Below are positions 10,794 to 20,751 of a stretch of 64,000 nucleotides of DNA, in pieces (within the stretch, counting starts at the first letter, position 1; each line of letters starts with the position of its first letter). The DNA is taken from assembly GCA_964592745.1 (NCBI GenBank), contig CAZQFL010000003.1:5450-69449 (forward strand). Reading direction: 5' to 3'. This DNA is from an uncultured Desulfurococcaceae archaeon. Its GTDB lineage: Archaea; Thermoproteota; Thermoprotei_A; Sulfolobales; NBVN01. Position numbers and translations under genes: made by a program. The notes under the pieces are model-generated. The model was not told where the DNA came from. It searched no databases and worked only from the letters and a program-made list of their open reading frames with translations.

Positions 10794-11543
10794 TTGAGTT
10801 CTAGTGAAGCTATCGTTAGGTTTGAATACCCAAGTGCTAAGGCGTTTGGAGCGATACTCGATGTACTAAGCAATATAGTTGATGAAGTACTATTCAACTT
10901 TACTTCTGAAGGACTTACTGTTAAAGCGCTAGATCCAGCTAAGGTTGCATTAATAATTATAAATATCCCCTCATCAGCCTTCTTAGAGTATAATGTTGAG
11001 AGAGATTTGAGCGTAGGTATAAATCTTAGTGCATTAGTTAAGTCGTTACCTACGATGAAAAAGACGGATAAGTTAATATTCACGGCTAATGAGGAGTTCT
11101 ATGAATTAACTATTGAAGGTATAACAACTAAGAAGTATAAGTTTAGATCAATAGAGGTTGCAGCTGAGGAGGTACCTGAGATAAACATAGACTTCAAGGT
11201 TAAGGCGATAGTTTTGGCTTCAGCATTTAAGTCAGCAATAAAGGACCTGAAAGGTGTTGAATCAATAGTGTTTGAAGCTAAGGATGATCAATACCTATAC
11301 CTAAGAGGTGCTGAGGGAGGTGCTGAGGCTAAGCTATCAAGAATTGCTGGATCCATACTAGATATGGAAGTTAAAGAACCATCTAGGAATGTTTATGATG
11401 AAGACTACATAACTAAAGTATTAGACTTAGCAGGTATAACGGAGAATATCGAGATTAAATTCGGTAGTGAATTACCTCTAAACTTATATTTCACACTAGC
11501 AGGTGGAGGATCAGCCGAATATCTACTAGCACCTAAAGCCTAA
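10794..11543 (+). CDS. pcn: DNA polymerase sliding clamp PCNA (paralogue A)
   Basis: 249 aa; VDEVLFNFTSEGLTVKALDPAKVAL, FGSELPL and C-terminal YLLAP. Confidence 0.93.
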   Translation: MSSSEAIVRFEYPSAKAFGAILDVLSNIVDEVLFNFTSEGLTVKALDPAKVALIIINIPSSAFLEYNVERDLSVGINLSALVKSLPTMKKTDKLIFTANEEFYELTIEGITTKKYKFRSIEVAAEEVPEINIDFKVKAIVLASAFKSAIKDLKGVESIVFEAKDDQYLYLRGAEGGAEAKLSRIAGSILDMEVKEPSRNVYDEDYITKVLDLAGITENIEIKFGSELPLNLYFTLAGGGSAEYLLAPKA

Positions 11544-11596
11544 TAGAAAGAATTTTTATTAATACATAAACACTACATTAAATAGGTGGAAAATTA

Positions 11597-12055
11597 TTGC
11601 CTGAATTGGAACTTGATAGGATAGATAGGGAGTTATTAAATCTATTACAGGAAAATGCTGAACTAACATATGCTGAACTAGGTAAGAGACTCGGAATAAG
11701 CCCATCTACAGTCTACATGCGTGTTAAGAAGCTTAAAGAGAAGGGTGTCATTAAGAGAATAGTTGCTGAAGTAAATCCTGAAGTCTTAGGTTATAAATTA
11801 AGATCGATAATATTTGTATCGATAGACGTGAAGAAATATAACTCAGTTGTTGAAGCATTAAGTAAAATACCGCAAATAAAGATTATTTATGATATAACAG
11901 GTGAATGGACGTTCGCGCTTGAGGCATTAGTTAGAGATCATCAAGAACTATCAAGTCTCTTAGATAAGATAGGCAACATAGATGGTGTACAGCATACATC
12001 AACAGCTGTAGTCTTAAGAGTGATAAAGGAAGATAAGAAGGTACTACCACCTTGA
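11597..12055 (+). CDS. Lrp/AsnC family transcriptional regulator
   Basis: LDRIDRELLNLLQENA HTH start and ITGEW RAM domain. Confidence 0.93.
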   Translation: MPELELDRIDRELLNLLQENAELTYAELGKRLGISPSTVYMRVKKLKEKGVIKRIVAEVNPEVLGYKLRSIIFVSIDVKKYNSVVEALSKIPQIKIIYDITGEWTFALEALVRDHQELSSLLDKIGNIDGVQHTSTAVVLRVIKEDKKVLPP

Positions 12056-12561
12056 TCCCTATATACGCCTACGGAATATTTGATGTGACATACAGTGAGG
12101 TCATTCAGCATATAATATTTGAGTATGTTGATCCAGGAAAGAAATATGTAAGAATAGTTAAGGATCGAGATAAATTAACTAAGGAATTAGCTATACTTAA
12201 GAGAAACATGCAAGCTTTTCTAGATGCTGAGGAAGTGAAGATCAATAACATTAGAGTCTATCCAAAAGTTATTGATGTTAAAATAGGTTTTTCAGGAACC
12301 TACGAGAGACCCTACATTAAGTATGTAATAGTTTTTGAGGCACCATTAAGAAGCGGTGTTAACATCTATGAGGATACTTATGAACCTGAAGTAACGGAGT
12401 ACGATTACGTAGTTACGTGGGTCTTTCCTAAGGGTAGTAAAGTATTAAACGTAAATGTCGGTTTTAATTACGAAATAATCAATGAGCGGGTAGTGATTTT
12501 TCACGTACCTGAAGGAAGCGAAACTCCTGGTTATGAGTCTATCTCTTTTCTCCTCCCTTAA
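12052..12561 (+). CDS. Conserved hypothetical protein
   Basis: 169-aa ORF coupled to the Lrp gene by a TTGA overlap; predicted beta-rich; no function recognised. Confidence 0.7.
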   Translation: MIPIYAYGIFDVTYSEVIQHIIFEYVDPGKKYVRIVKDRDKLTKELAILKRNMQAFLDAEEVKINNIRVYPKVIDVKIGFSGTYERPYIKYVIVFEAPLRSGVNIYEDTYEPEVTEYDYVVTWVFPKGSKVLNVNVGFNYEIINERVVIFHVPEGSETPGYESISFLLP

Positions 12562-13675
12562 CATTTTTCATGTAATCTCTTAATTCCCTCCAATAGTATG
12601 TAATAGGACTTCTAGTACCACATTCACTAACACAAATACCTAGCGAGCGCATTTTTTCACAACTGTACACCTTATATCTCTTCCTACTACCTCTTAATCC
12701 AGCTAAGTGTTCTATCTGATAACGTGCTATTTTCTCATTAAAGTCAGGAGAATTCTTAAAGAGATTCAGAATATAATCTGCATCTGCACCTATGTTAAGT
12801 AAGAATGTCGCTAAAGCAAACCTTTGATGGTGAGATAAGTGCTCACCCCTCATTAGTGCTTCCTTGAGTCTCCTTATGCAGGGCGGGAAGAATTCTTCTC
12901 TGATAATCCCTCTTAAAGACTCGTTCCTCTCTCTTACCTCTCTGGAGGTGAAACCTCTAACATCTTTAACTATGCTTAATACATACCTCACCAATTCTTT
13001 TACTTTCTGATTATTTAGTACGTTCTTAACCTCCTCATCATTAATGAGGTTACTAAGATAGTTCTTTACACCCTCCTCAACTATCCTAGTTACATCACTT
13101 TTTACCAAATAGACATAACCATCACATACATACCTATTGACTAACCTCCACTTAGGATCTGATGCGAGCTTCTCAGTTAACTTAATGTATTGTGGTATGG
13201 TCATTCTATACTGGTAACATTCAATAACAGGTCTACCATTTCTTAGATCAGTACCTAATACGACTGCTTTTCCGCATTTATTACCCTCACTACCTAAGTA
13301 TTCTATCATTATACCTAGCTTCCTAGCTATTTTCTCAATTACATTATCGTTCTCACTGAGTAGGTACTTACGGCATCTCTTAGCTTCAGTATCAACAAAC
13401 TTTCTGAAGGACCATGGATCAGCTATCTTAGTTACCATCAATGATAAATAAAATGATATAACTTCAATATCATCTCTCCTTGAAGGTTCATAGTTTAAGT
13501 TCTTTAAGTAAGCTTCAATTCTTCTTTTAGTATGTATTAAGTAATCATTTATGTCAAGTAGTGAATCTAGAGGTATAAATCCTCCATAATAATCTCTTAT
13601 GAAGTCCCTAAGGTTAACTATGTAAGGATACTTTACTAAGACCGATTGCACTCTATTGAAAACGTATGAAGTCAT
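12539..13675 (-). CDS. priL: DNA primase large subunit
   Basis: KYPY N-terminus; FPPCI, LSHHQRFALATFL, YQIEHLAG and YSCEKM...C Fe-S domain. Confidence 0.95.
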   Translation of the reverse strand: MTSYVFNRVQSVLVKYPYIVNLRDFIRDYYGGFIPLDSLLDINDYLIHTKRRIEAYLKNLNYEPSRRDDIEVISFYLSLMVTKIADPWSFRKFVDTEAKRCRKYLLSENDNVIEKIARKLGIMIEYLGSEGNKCGKAVVLGTDLRNGRPVIECYQYRMTIPQYIKLTEKLASDPKWRLVNRYVCDGYVYLVKSDVTRIVEEGVKNYLSNLINDEEVKNVLNNQKVKELVRYVLSIVKDVRGFTSREVRERNESLRGIIREEFFPPCIRRLKEALMRGEHLSHHQRFALATFLLNIGADADYILNLFKNSPDFNEKIARYQIEHLAGLRGSRKRYKVYSCEKMRSLGICVSECGTRSPITYYWRELRDYMKNVKGGEKR

Positions 13676-13832
13676 TACCTGATTAACTCCCCCTCGTGGT
13701 ATAAAATTAGAGACCTAATAATTTAGGTGCGAAATACTCATTTAGATAAGTAGTTTGTAGTTTATATCGACTAGTAACATTCTGTAATTACGTGTTAATA
13801 CGTCCTCATAATCTTAGTATTACTACTTAGCT

Positions 13833-14270
13833 CTACTTCCTTAGTACTTTATCCTCAGGTATAGCTTTATGAAGAATTCTTTTTGATATTTCATTAATTA
13901 CTTTAAACGTTAATTCATCAACTATGACATCATTATTATCAATAATAATGCTTATACCCTCGAAGGGACTTAGGGGTGGGTCAGGTAGGTGAGGATCAGG
14001 TTTCTCCCTACCTATGTAGACCCACTTTACCCTCTTACCCTTTTTAATTACTCTATACCAGTATCTGCCAAAGTATAGGTACTTATACCTTCTATTATTT
14101 ACATTTTTATATACTATGTGTATGGGCTTTAAGTAGTACCCGCTATCTCTGATCCTTGAATTGTATGCATATATTCTTTCTCTATATGGAGCATAAATCT
14201 CCATTAATAACTTATATCCATCTCTTATTATTACAGTCTTATTTCCTTTTGATTGTTTCATAGTAATCAC
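13833..14270 (-). CDS. Hypothetical basic, aromatic-rich protein
   Basis: YLKPIHIVYK, YFGRYWYRV and VKWVYIGREKPDP; likely nucleic-acid binding (inference). Confidence 0.7.
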   Translation of the reverse strand: MITMKQSKGNKTVIIRDGYKLLMEIYAPYRERIYAYNSRIRDSGYYLKPIHIVYKNVNNRRYKYLYFGRYWYRVIKKGKRVKWVYIGREKPDPHLPDPPLSPFEGISIIIDNNDVIVDELTFKVINEISKRILHKAIPEDKVLRK

Positions 14271-14275
14271 CTTAA

Positions 14276-14761
14276 CTACTCCCTACATTTTTCAGGATTA
14301 AGCTTAAATTTTAACCTTTTAACAAGTACGTAAACTCTTTCCTTAAATATATCTACTAGTTGGGGATTAACACCCCTTCTACTAACGATCTCCTTAATAT
14401 GTTCCTCAACAATACTGTATTTTTTATACTTCTCATTTAGCTCACGCCAGTTTATACCCTTTAAAGCATTTGCTATTACCTTATTCATTGGTAATTTTCC
14501 TTTAAGCATTAACATAGCTATTATTGGATACCCTATATAGCCTCTAAGCATAGTTCCATTATCAGTACTACATACTTCATTATGTTCTAAATCTACATAG
14601 ACGATATACTTTCTACTACCATCAGATGAAGTTACTTCAGCGTAGTTATCATTTAATAACCTTATTCTTTCATCGGCAATTGTAGATAATGCTTCGAGAA
14701 CTTTAATCTTAGGTGGTGGTCTTAAATACATACCTCTACATCTCTCAAGAATATAGTTCAA
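14276..14761 (-). CDS. Conserved hypothetical protein (SWIM-like region)
   Basis: PPKIKVLEAL...IADERI, VTSSDGSRKY, STDNG, GYIGYPIIA and GINWRELN conserved-looking blocks. Confidence 0.75.
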   Translation of the reverse strand: MNYILERCRGMYLRPPPKIKVLEALSTIADERIRLLNDNYAEVTSSDGSRKYIVYVDLEHNEVCSTDNGTMLRGYIGYPIIAMLMLKGKLPMNKVIANALKGINWRELNEKYKKYSIVEEHIKEIVSRRGVNPQLVDIFKERVYVLVKRLKFKLNPEKCRE

Positions 14762-14779
14762 TTTAAGAATAAAAAGGTA

Positions 14780-15211
14780 CTACTTCTCTTCCTCCTCCTT
14801 CTTAATCTTATCAGCGTACTGCTGCGGTGTTAGTAAAGCCTCTTTACTAATAGTACCATGAACTTTAATTTTAACGATCCATCCCTTACCATATGGATCC
14901 TTGTTTATTAAGTCGGGTTCATCAAGTAAGGCTGTATTCACTTCAACAATCTTACCATTAAATGGTGAGTAAACATCAGCAACTGTTTTAACCGATTCAA
15001 GAGTCACTATACTACTACCTGCTTTAACTTCAGAATTCTTTTCAGGTAACTCTACATTAACTATGTATCTTAGCTTCTTTTGAGCATAATCCGTTATACC
15101 AAGGGTTACAATGTCACCCTCAATCCTTACCCACTCATCAGTTTTAGTGTATAGTAAATCATCCTTAATTATATACTCACCTACTTTAGTTTTAACAATT
15201 ATGTCGCCCAT
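14780..15211 (-). CDS. gcvH: Glycine cleavage system H protein
   Basis: GITDYAQ, lipoyl-Lys motif ESVKTVADVYSP and INKDPYGKGW. Confidence 0.97.
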   Translation of the reverse strand: MGDIIVKTKVGEYIIKDDLLYTKTDEWVRIEGDIVTLGITDYAQKKLRYIVNVELPEKNSEVKAGSSIVTLESVKTVADVYSPFNGKIVEVNTALLDEPDLINKDPYGKGWIVKIKVHGTISKEALLTPQQYADKIKKEEEEK

Positions 15212-15267
15212 ATCTTATTCACCATCATAACTTTATGAGATTAACAAATTAAATTTTTAATATAAGG

Positions 15268-16383
15268 TTAGGTCTCAATGAAGGGGAAGTCCACTATCCT
15301 CGCTTCGTAGACTTTGCCTCTAATCTCTATACCGACCCTAAAACCTAGATAGAAGTACTGAGACTTTACGTAGCCCATCGCTATACTCCTCTTAAGGTAG
15401 GGTGAGTATGCACCGCTCGTTACGTATCCTATCGTCTTATCCCCAATTACTATCTTACTCCCATGTCTTGGTATTACCCTAATACCCTTCTTCAATCTTA
15501 AGCCAATCCTAAATTTCTCCACACCTTTACTAAAGAATTCCCTTACCTTATCACAACCTACACACCCTTCTTTATCAAGTGATAATGGTAACCAATACCT
15601 TGCTTCAATGGGATTAATGCTTTCATTCATATCTACACCTATAAGTAAGTAGCCCATCTCTAGCCTAAGTGAGTCCCTAGCAATTAATCCAGCAGGTTTA
15701 GCACCAAGTTTAACAACTTTCTCAAAAATCTTAGCACCCAACTCCACATCAGCCCATATTTCAAAACCATGTGATCTAACCTCCTCACCTGTCCAACCAG
15801 ATCTACTAACTAGGAAGGCCTTACCACCAAGAATTTCTGGATCCTTAACGAATTGAAGTATCTTAAGGTCCTTAACGAAGCTTAAACCTAATTCATCCAT
15901 AATATCTAGGGATTTAGGTCCTTGAACGGCTATTAAGACGGACTTAGTGGTTACGTCCTCTATGTCTACATCCTCCTTGCTGTAACCGAACCTCTCCCTA
16001 AGCTTGATCATCCACTCTCTATCCTTCTCTACATTAGGTGCGTTAACTACGGCTAACCATGTATTCTCATTTACATGATAAAGCATTATGTCGTCCTTTA
16101 TCCCTCCATTATCATTCAATAATAATACAGGACCGCTCATGAACCCCTCATTAACCTTACTTAAATCCTTACTAACAACCCTTTGCAGGAACTCAAAAAC
16201 CTTCTTCCCTTTAATGATATATCTACCCATGTGTGAGACATCAAAAACCCCTGCAGAGTTTCTAACAGCTAAATGCTCATCGAGAGGATTTCCATAATCC
16301 ATTGATGTAATCCAACCAGCGAACTCACCAATATTACCTCCAAGTTTTCTTTGGAGATCTATTAAGGGTACTTCCTTAGGCAA
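15268..16383 (-). CDS. gcvT: Glycine cleavage system aminomethyltransferase T
   Basis: FAGW, FDVSHMG, SRSGWTGE and ARDSLRLEMG. Confidence 0.96.
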   Translation of the reverse strand: MPKEVPLIDLQRKLGGNIGEFAGWITSMDYGNPLDEHLAVRNSAGVFDVSHMGRYIIKGKKVFEFLQRVVSKDLSKVNEGFMSGPVLLLNDNGGIKDDIMLYHVNENTWLAVVNAPNVEKDREWMIKLRERFGYSKEDVDIEDVTTKSVLIAVQGPKSLDIMDELGLSFVKDLKILQFVKDPEILGGKAFLVSRSGWTGEEVRSHGFEIWADVELGAKIFEKVVKLGAKPAGLIARDSLRLEMGYLLIGVDMNESINPIEARYWLPLSLDKEGCVGCDKVREFFSKGVEKFRIGLRLKKGIRVIPRHGSKIVIGDKTIGYVTSGAYSPYLKRSIAMGYVKSQYFYLGFRVGIEIRGKVYEARIVDFPFIET

Positions 16384-16494
16384 TCAGGACACCGTATATT
16401 AATTGAGTGAAATTAATAATAGTTTACTTAATATTAATAACTAATTATGTTTATCAATATCAGGATTACTTATTTTCCCTCCCTCTAATTTATA

Positions 16495-17916
16495 ATGGCT
16501 GATAATATCATGCCTCATCCCTGGATACCAAATTCATCAGAGAGCATTAGGAAGTATCTAATGAAGGAGTTAGGGATAAAGAATGTATTGGACCTATTTG
16601 ATGACGTTCCTAAGGAACTAATACTTGATAGACCTCTTAATGTGGGTTTTGGTAAGCCGTTGAGTGAGTACGAGATGAGAAGGTTGTTTAATAGAATAAT
16701 TAGTAAGAATAAGGTGTTCACTGACCCACCATCATTTATTGGTGGCGGCTTCTGCATGCATTACATACCAGCAGCTCTTAAGTACTTACTAAGTAGAGGT
16801 GAGTTCTATACTGCTTATACACCCTATCAGGCCGAAATAAATCAGGGTATTCTTCAAGCACTTTTTGAATATCAAAGCTTAATTGCGGAACTTTATGATG
16901 TGGATATAGTTAATGCATCAATGTATAATGGAAGTACAGCAGCAGCTGAAGCTATAAGAATGGCTCTTAGAGTGAAAAGAGGTAGAAATAAGATAGTTCT
17001 AGCGGGTACAGCTCATCCTGAAGTAAAGGAAGTAATTAAAACCTGGCTTCAAGGCCTTAATGTAAATGTGGTTGAAGCTCCTATGAATAAAGAGACCGGT
17101 GAATTAGATGCTGAGGAGTTAAAGGGCATAATCGATGAGAAAACTGCCGCAGTATACGTGGAGTATCCCAACTTCTTCGGAATAATTGAGAGAGGAATCA
17201 AAGAATATATCGACATAGCTCATGAAAGAGGTGCTTTAGCGATAGTTTACGCTAACCCTATAGCACTAGGTGTTTTCAGACCTCCGGGATCGATGGGTGC
17301 CGACATAGTTGTAGGTGATACGCAGCCGCTTGGATCAGGATTAAATTTCGGTGGCCCAACAGCAGGTATTCTTGGTATTAAGTATGAAAGAGAACTATTA
17401 AGACAACTACCAGGCAGGTTAATAGGTGCTACTAAGACCGTCGATGATAAAGAAATAGGGTTTACTATGATCTTACAGACAAGAGAACAGCATATTAGAA
17501 GAGAGAGAGCGACATCAAACATAACTACTAACTCTTCATTAATGGCTATAGCTGCCGCAATATACCTTACACTCCTTGGTAGTAATGGCATAAGGAAGCT
17601 AGGTGAAGTAATCTTAGGCAGGACGTATTATGCCATAAATAAATTGTCTAAAGTAAATGGATTGCAGGTACCCGCTATAGGAGGTAAGAAGAGCATATTC
17701 TTTAGGGAATTCACGGTAAGATTCGAAGGCAATGTTAACACCATTATTAAGAAACTCATCGAAAAGGGTATCCACATAGGGCCACCCTTAAGTAGGTTTT
17801 ATAAGGATGATTACCTAAAGTCATGTGCTCTCGTATGCGTTACAGAACTACATTCGAAGAATGACATCGATATGTTAGCTAAAAGAATTGAGGAGGTGCT
17901 ATCAAATGGTGTATAG
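16495..17916 (+). CDS. gcvPA: Glycine dehydrogenase (decarboxylating) subunit 1
   Basis: EFYTAYTPYQAEINQG, NASMYNG and LQTREQHIRRERATSNI. Confidence 0.97.
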   Translation: MADNIMPHPWIPNSSESIRKYLMKELGIKNVLDLFDDVPKELILDRPLNVGFGKPLSEYEMRRLFNRIISKNKVFTDPPSFIGGGFCMHYIPAALKYLLSRGEFYTAYTPYQAEINQGILQALFEYQSLIAELYDVDIVNASMYNGSTAAAEAIRMALRVKRGRNKIVLAGTAHPEVKEVIKTWLQGLNVNVVEAPMNKETGELDAEELKGIIDEKTAAVYVEYPNFFGIIERGIKEYIDIAHERGALAIVYANPIALGVFRPPGSMGADIVVGDTQPLGSGLNFGGPTAGILGIKYERELLRQLPGRLIGATKTVDDKEIGFTMILQTREQHIRRERATSNITTNSSLMAIAAAIYLTLLGSNGIRKLGEVILGRTYYAINKLSKVNGLQVPAIGGKKSIFFREFTVRFEGNVNTIIKKLIEKGIHIGPPLSRFYKDDYLKSCALVCVTELHSKNDIDMLAKRIEEVLSNGV

Positions 17917-19429
17917 ACAGGCTAAATGGGATGAGAAAAACGTATTTGAAGTATCAAGGTTTGATAAGCAAGGCTTAATAATTGATGAGGAGTTCATTGA
18001 TATAGCTTCATCAGTAATCAGTAACCTACCTAAGGAACTCATACGTAATGAACCACCTAAGATACCCAATTTAAGTGAGGTTGAGGTGGTTAGACATTAT
18101 GTAAGACTCTCCCAAATGTCTTATGGTGTTGATGTAGGTCCGGTACCACTAGGTTCATGTACCATGAAATATAATCCAAAGATTTGTGAAGAACTAGCTT
18201 CCAGAGATGAAGTCACTATGATACATCCCTACCAGGATGAGGAGACTGTTCAAGGAATATTAGAGATCATGTATATAATGCAGAAATGGTTTGCAGAGAT
18301 CACAGGTACTGACGTATGCTCGTTACAACCACCAGCAGGAGCTTCAGGTGAGTTTGTAGGTGCATTAATTATCAGAAAATATCATCTAGACCATGGCGAG
18401 CATCAAAGAAATGAAATGATAATACCTGAAAGTGCTCATGGAACTAACCCAGCAAGTGCTGTCATGGCCGGATTTAAAGTCATTAACGTTCCAACAGATA
18501 AGGATGGAAACACTGATTTTGATGCACTACTTAACGTATTAAGTGAGCGAACAGCTGGAGTGATGCTTACGAATCCCAGTACCTTAGGGCTTTTCGAGTC
18601 AAGAATACTTGATATAGCTAAGGAGGTACATAAGGTTGGAGGTTTACTGTACTATGATGGTGCTAACCTCAATGGTATACTAGGTATTGTAAGACCTGGT
18701 GATATGGGATTTGATATAATACACTTAAACCTACATAAGACATTCTCAACACCACACGGTGGTGGAGGTCCTGGAGCAGGACCAATATGCGTGAAAGGTG
18801 AGTTAAAAGATTACATACCAGTACCTATTGTGGACTATGATGGTAGGAAGTACTTCCTTAAGTATGACATACCTAAAACCATAGGTAGGGTTTCATGGTT
18901 CTATGGAAATATCATACCTGTAATTAAGGCATTCATATATATAGCGATGTTAGGGCCGGCGTTAAGAGAAGTAGCAGAGGTATCTGTATTAAATACTAAT
19001 TACTTAATGAAGAAGCTTAAGGATCTTAGGGGTATAGACTTAATTTATGGACGTGAGAGATGGAGAAAGCATGAAGTCGTCATAAGTTTTGATAAATTAC
19101 ATAAGGAGACAGGCGTTAATGCTGAAGATATAGCTAAGGCATTACTTGATAAAGGTATTCATGCACCAACAATATACTTCCCATTAATCGTACCTGAGGC
19201 ACATATGATAGAGTTAACCGAAAGTGAACCTATAGAATCAATAGATAATATAATTAACGCTTATAGAGAGATTGTTGAGAAAGCCTATAGTAAACCTGAT
19301 GAAGTGAGGAAGGCACCTCAAAACACAGCTGTGAGTAGGCTTGATGCAATGACAGCTAATCACCCAAGAACAGTAACTCCAAGCTATAAATTCATTGATA
19401 GAATATTAAAGCTCCTGAAATCTAAATAA
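17906..19429 (+). CDS. gcvPB: Glycine dehydrogenase (decarboxylating) subunit 2; start set at ATG 17906
   Basis: PLGSCTMKYNP, SAHGTNPASA and PLP-Lys motif HLNLHKTFSTPHGGGGPG; GGAGGTG upstream of 17906. Confidence 0.97.
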   Translation: MVYRQAKWDEKNVFEVSRFDKQGLIIDEEFIDIASSVISNLPKELIRNEPPKIPNLSEVEVVRHYVRLSQMSYGVDVGPVPLGSCTMKYNPKICEELASRDEVTMIHPYQDEETVQGILEIMYIMQKWFAEITGTDVCSLQPPAGASGEFVGALIIRKYHLDHGEHQRNEMIIPESAHGTNPASAVMAGFKVINVPTDKDGNTDFDALLNVLSERTAGVMLTNPSTLGLFESRILDIAKEVHKVGGLLYYDGANLNGILGIVRPGDMGFDIIHLNLHKTFSTPHGGGGPGAGPICVKGELKDYIPVPIVDYDGRKYFLKYDIPKTIGRVSWFYGNIIPVIKAFIYIAMLGPALREVAEVSVLNTNYLMKKLKDLRGIDLIYGRERWRKHEVVISFDKLHKETGVNAEDIAKALLDKGIHAPTIYFPLIVPEAHMIELTESEPIESIDNIINAYREIVEKAYSKPDEVRKAPQNTAVSRLDAMTANHPRTVTPSYKFIDRILKLLKSK

Positions 19430-20561
19430 ACTTTTCTATACAGCATGCTGGTACGACCTTAACTATCTTCTCCTCATTAAACCCTACTATAACCCTCCAG
19501 TAACCACTAAGGTCTTCATCAAGTTTAGGATCACCAGTATCGATTATCAAGTACTTAATACTTCTCATCTTACTTCGTGTCGCAATGACATATATCCTAT
19601 CCTTACCCCCAATACTCCTTATAACTCTAGGTGAAAATTGCTGATTTCCTCTACCAAAGATGTAACCTTGACGTCCAATTACCGTAATCACTATGTATGC
19701 ACTACCATAGTTGTTTATTAATCCCAATATTTCGCTTTCACCTAGGTCAAGCGCTATGATCTTTTTATTATAAAGTGCATCAACACCTAATAATGTCTTA
19801 CTTAACCCTAGAATATCTGTTATAGCCTTCACAGTACTTCCAGGTCCTAAAAAGTATAATTCATTATCCCTTAAGTATTCATTAATAAAGTATTCAGCCA
19901 CTTCATACTTCTCTTCAGAACTTCCCGATGAGGAGAAGTCCTTACTAGGTATAGTTAGATACTCATGTCTCAACGAAAGGGTATACCCATATATATTAAC
20001 CTTAGGTATACCTCTAAGGATTGCTTCCTCATCAGCGTCAGCTATTTCTGTTATGTCAGTACTAACAGTACCCTCTACATATAGTTTAAGTAACTGTGCA
20101 GCAGCTTCAGGTGATGCTGCAAAACATCCTGAATACATCTTAACCCCTGAAGGAACACCCAGTACGGGGACTCTACCATTAGTGATATCATATATGTCCT
20201 TAGCAGTTCCATCCCCACCAATGAAGACTATCAAATCAACTTTACGTTTTAAAAACTCCCTAACAGCCTCCTTAGTATCTTCACTACTAGTTAAGCCTTT
20301 ATGTCTAGGCACGTTAATACATTCATAGTTTGGGTACCCTACCTCCTTCAGATACTTACATCCCATAACACCTGAAGCTGAAAGTATCTTCTCACTGAAA
20401 TTAACGTCTACGAGTCTTCTCAAGAACCTTATAGCCTTATTGGGTGCTACTGGTTTAGCGCCTCTCCTTATAGCTTCAAAGTATAAATCCCCATCAGTAC
20501 CTTTAAGACCTACTGAACCCCCCATTCCCGCAATAGGATTCACTAAGAATCCTATGATCAT
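19422..20561 (-). CDS. ATP-NAD kinase family protein (COG3199-like)
   Basis: NPIAGMGG...LKGTDG, GGDGT, GVKMYS and GRGNQQ. Confidence 0.88.
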   Translation of the reverse strand: MIIGFLVNPIAGMGGSVGLKGTDGDLYFEAIRRGAKPVAPNKAIRFLRRLVDVNFSEKILSASGVMGCKYLKEVGYPNYECINVPRHKGLTSSEDTKEAVREFLKRKVDLIVFIGGDGTAKDIYDITNGRVPVLGVPSGVKMYSGCFAASPEAAAQLLKLYVEGTVSTDITEIADADEEAILRGIPKVNIYGYTLSLRHEYLTIPSKDFSSSGSSEEKYEVAEYFINEYLRDNELYFLGPGSTVKAITDILGLSKTLLGVDALYNKKIIALDLGESEILGLINNYGSAYIVITVIGRQGYIFGRGNQQFSPRVIRSIGGKDRIYVIATRSKMRSIKYLIIDTGDPKLDEDLSGYWRVIVGFNEEKIVKVVPACCIEKFI

Positions 20562-20665
20562 TAACTCCCTGAACTACCTAAGCCTTAAGTCAATATTAAG
20601 GTTTCCTATTTTATTGAATCGTTACTACTTAGCAACGATTCCAGTCATTATAAATAAATATATTA

Positions 20666-20718
20666 CTTTCAGTGAACACACCCTCAGTATATGTAAATAT
20701 CTTCCAGCTCATCACATA
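20666..20718 (-). ncRNA. Possible box C/D sRNA with degenerate internal boxes
   Basis: GUGAUGA(C)-GCUGGAAGAUAU-...-AUACUGA(C'?)-GGGUGUGUUCA-CUGA(D), 47 nt from C to D; no good D' box. Confidence 0.4.
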
Positions 20719-20751
20719 TAGTATTACCTTAACGTCATTGTTGGTGATGTC

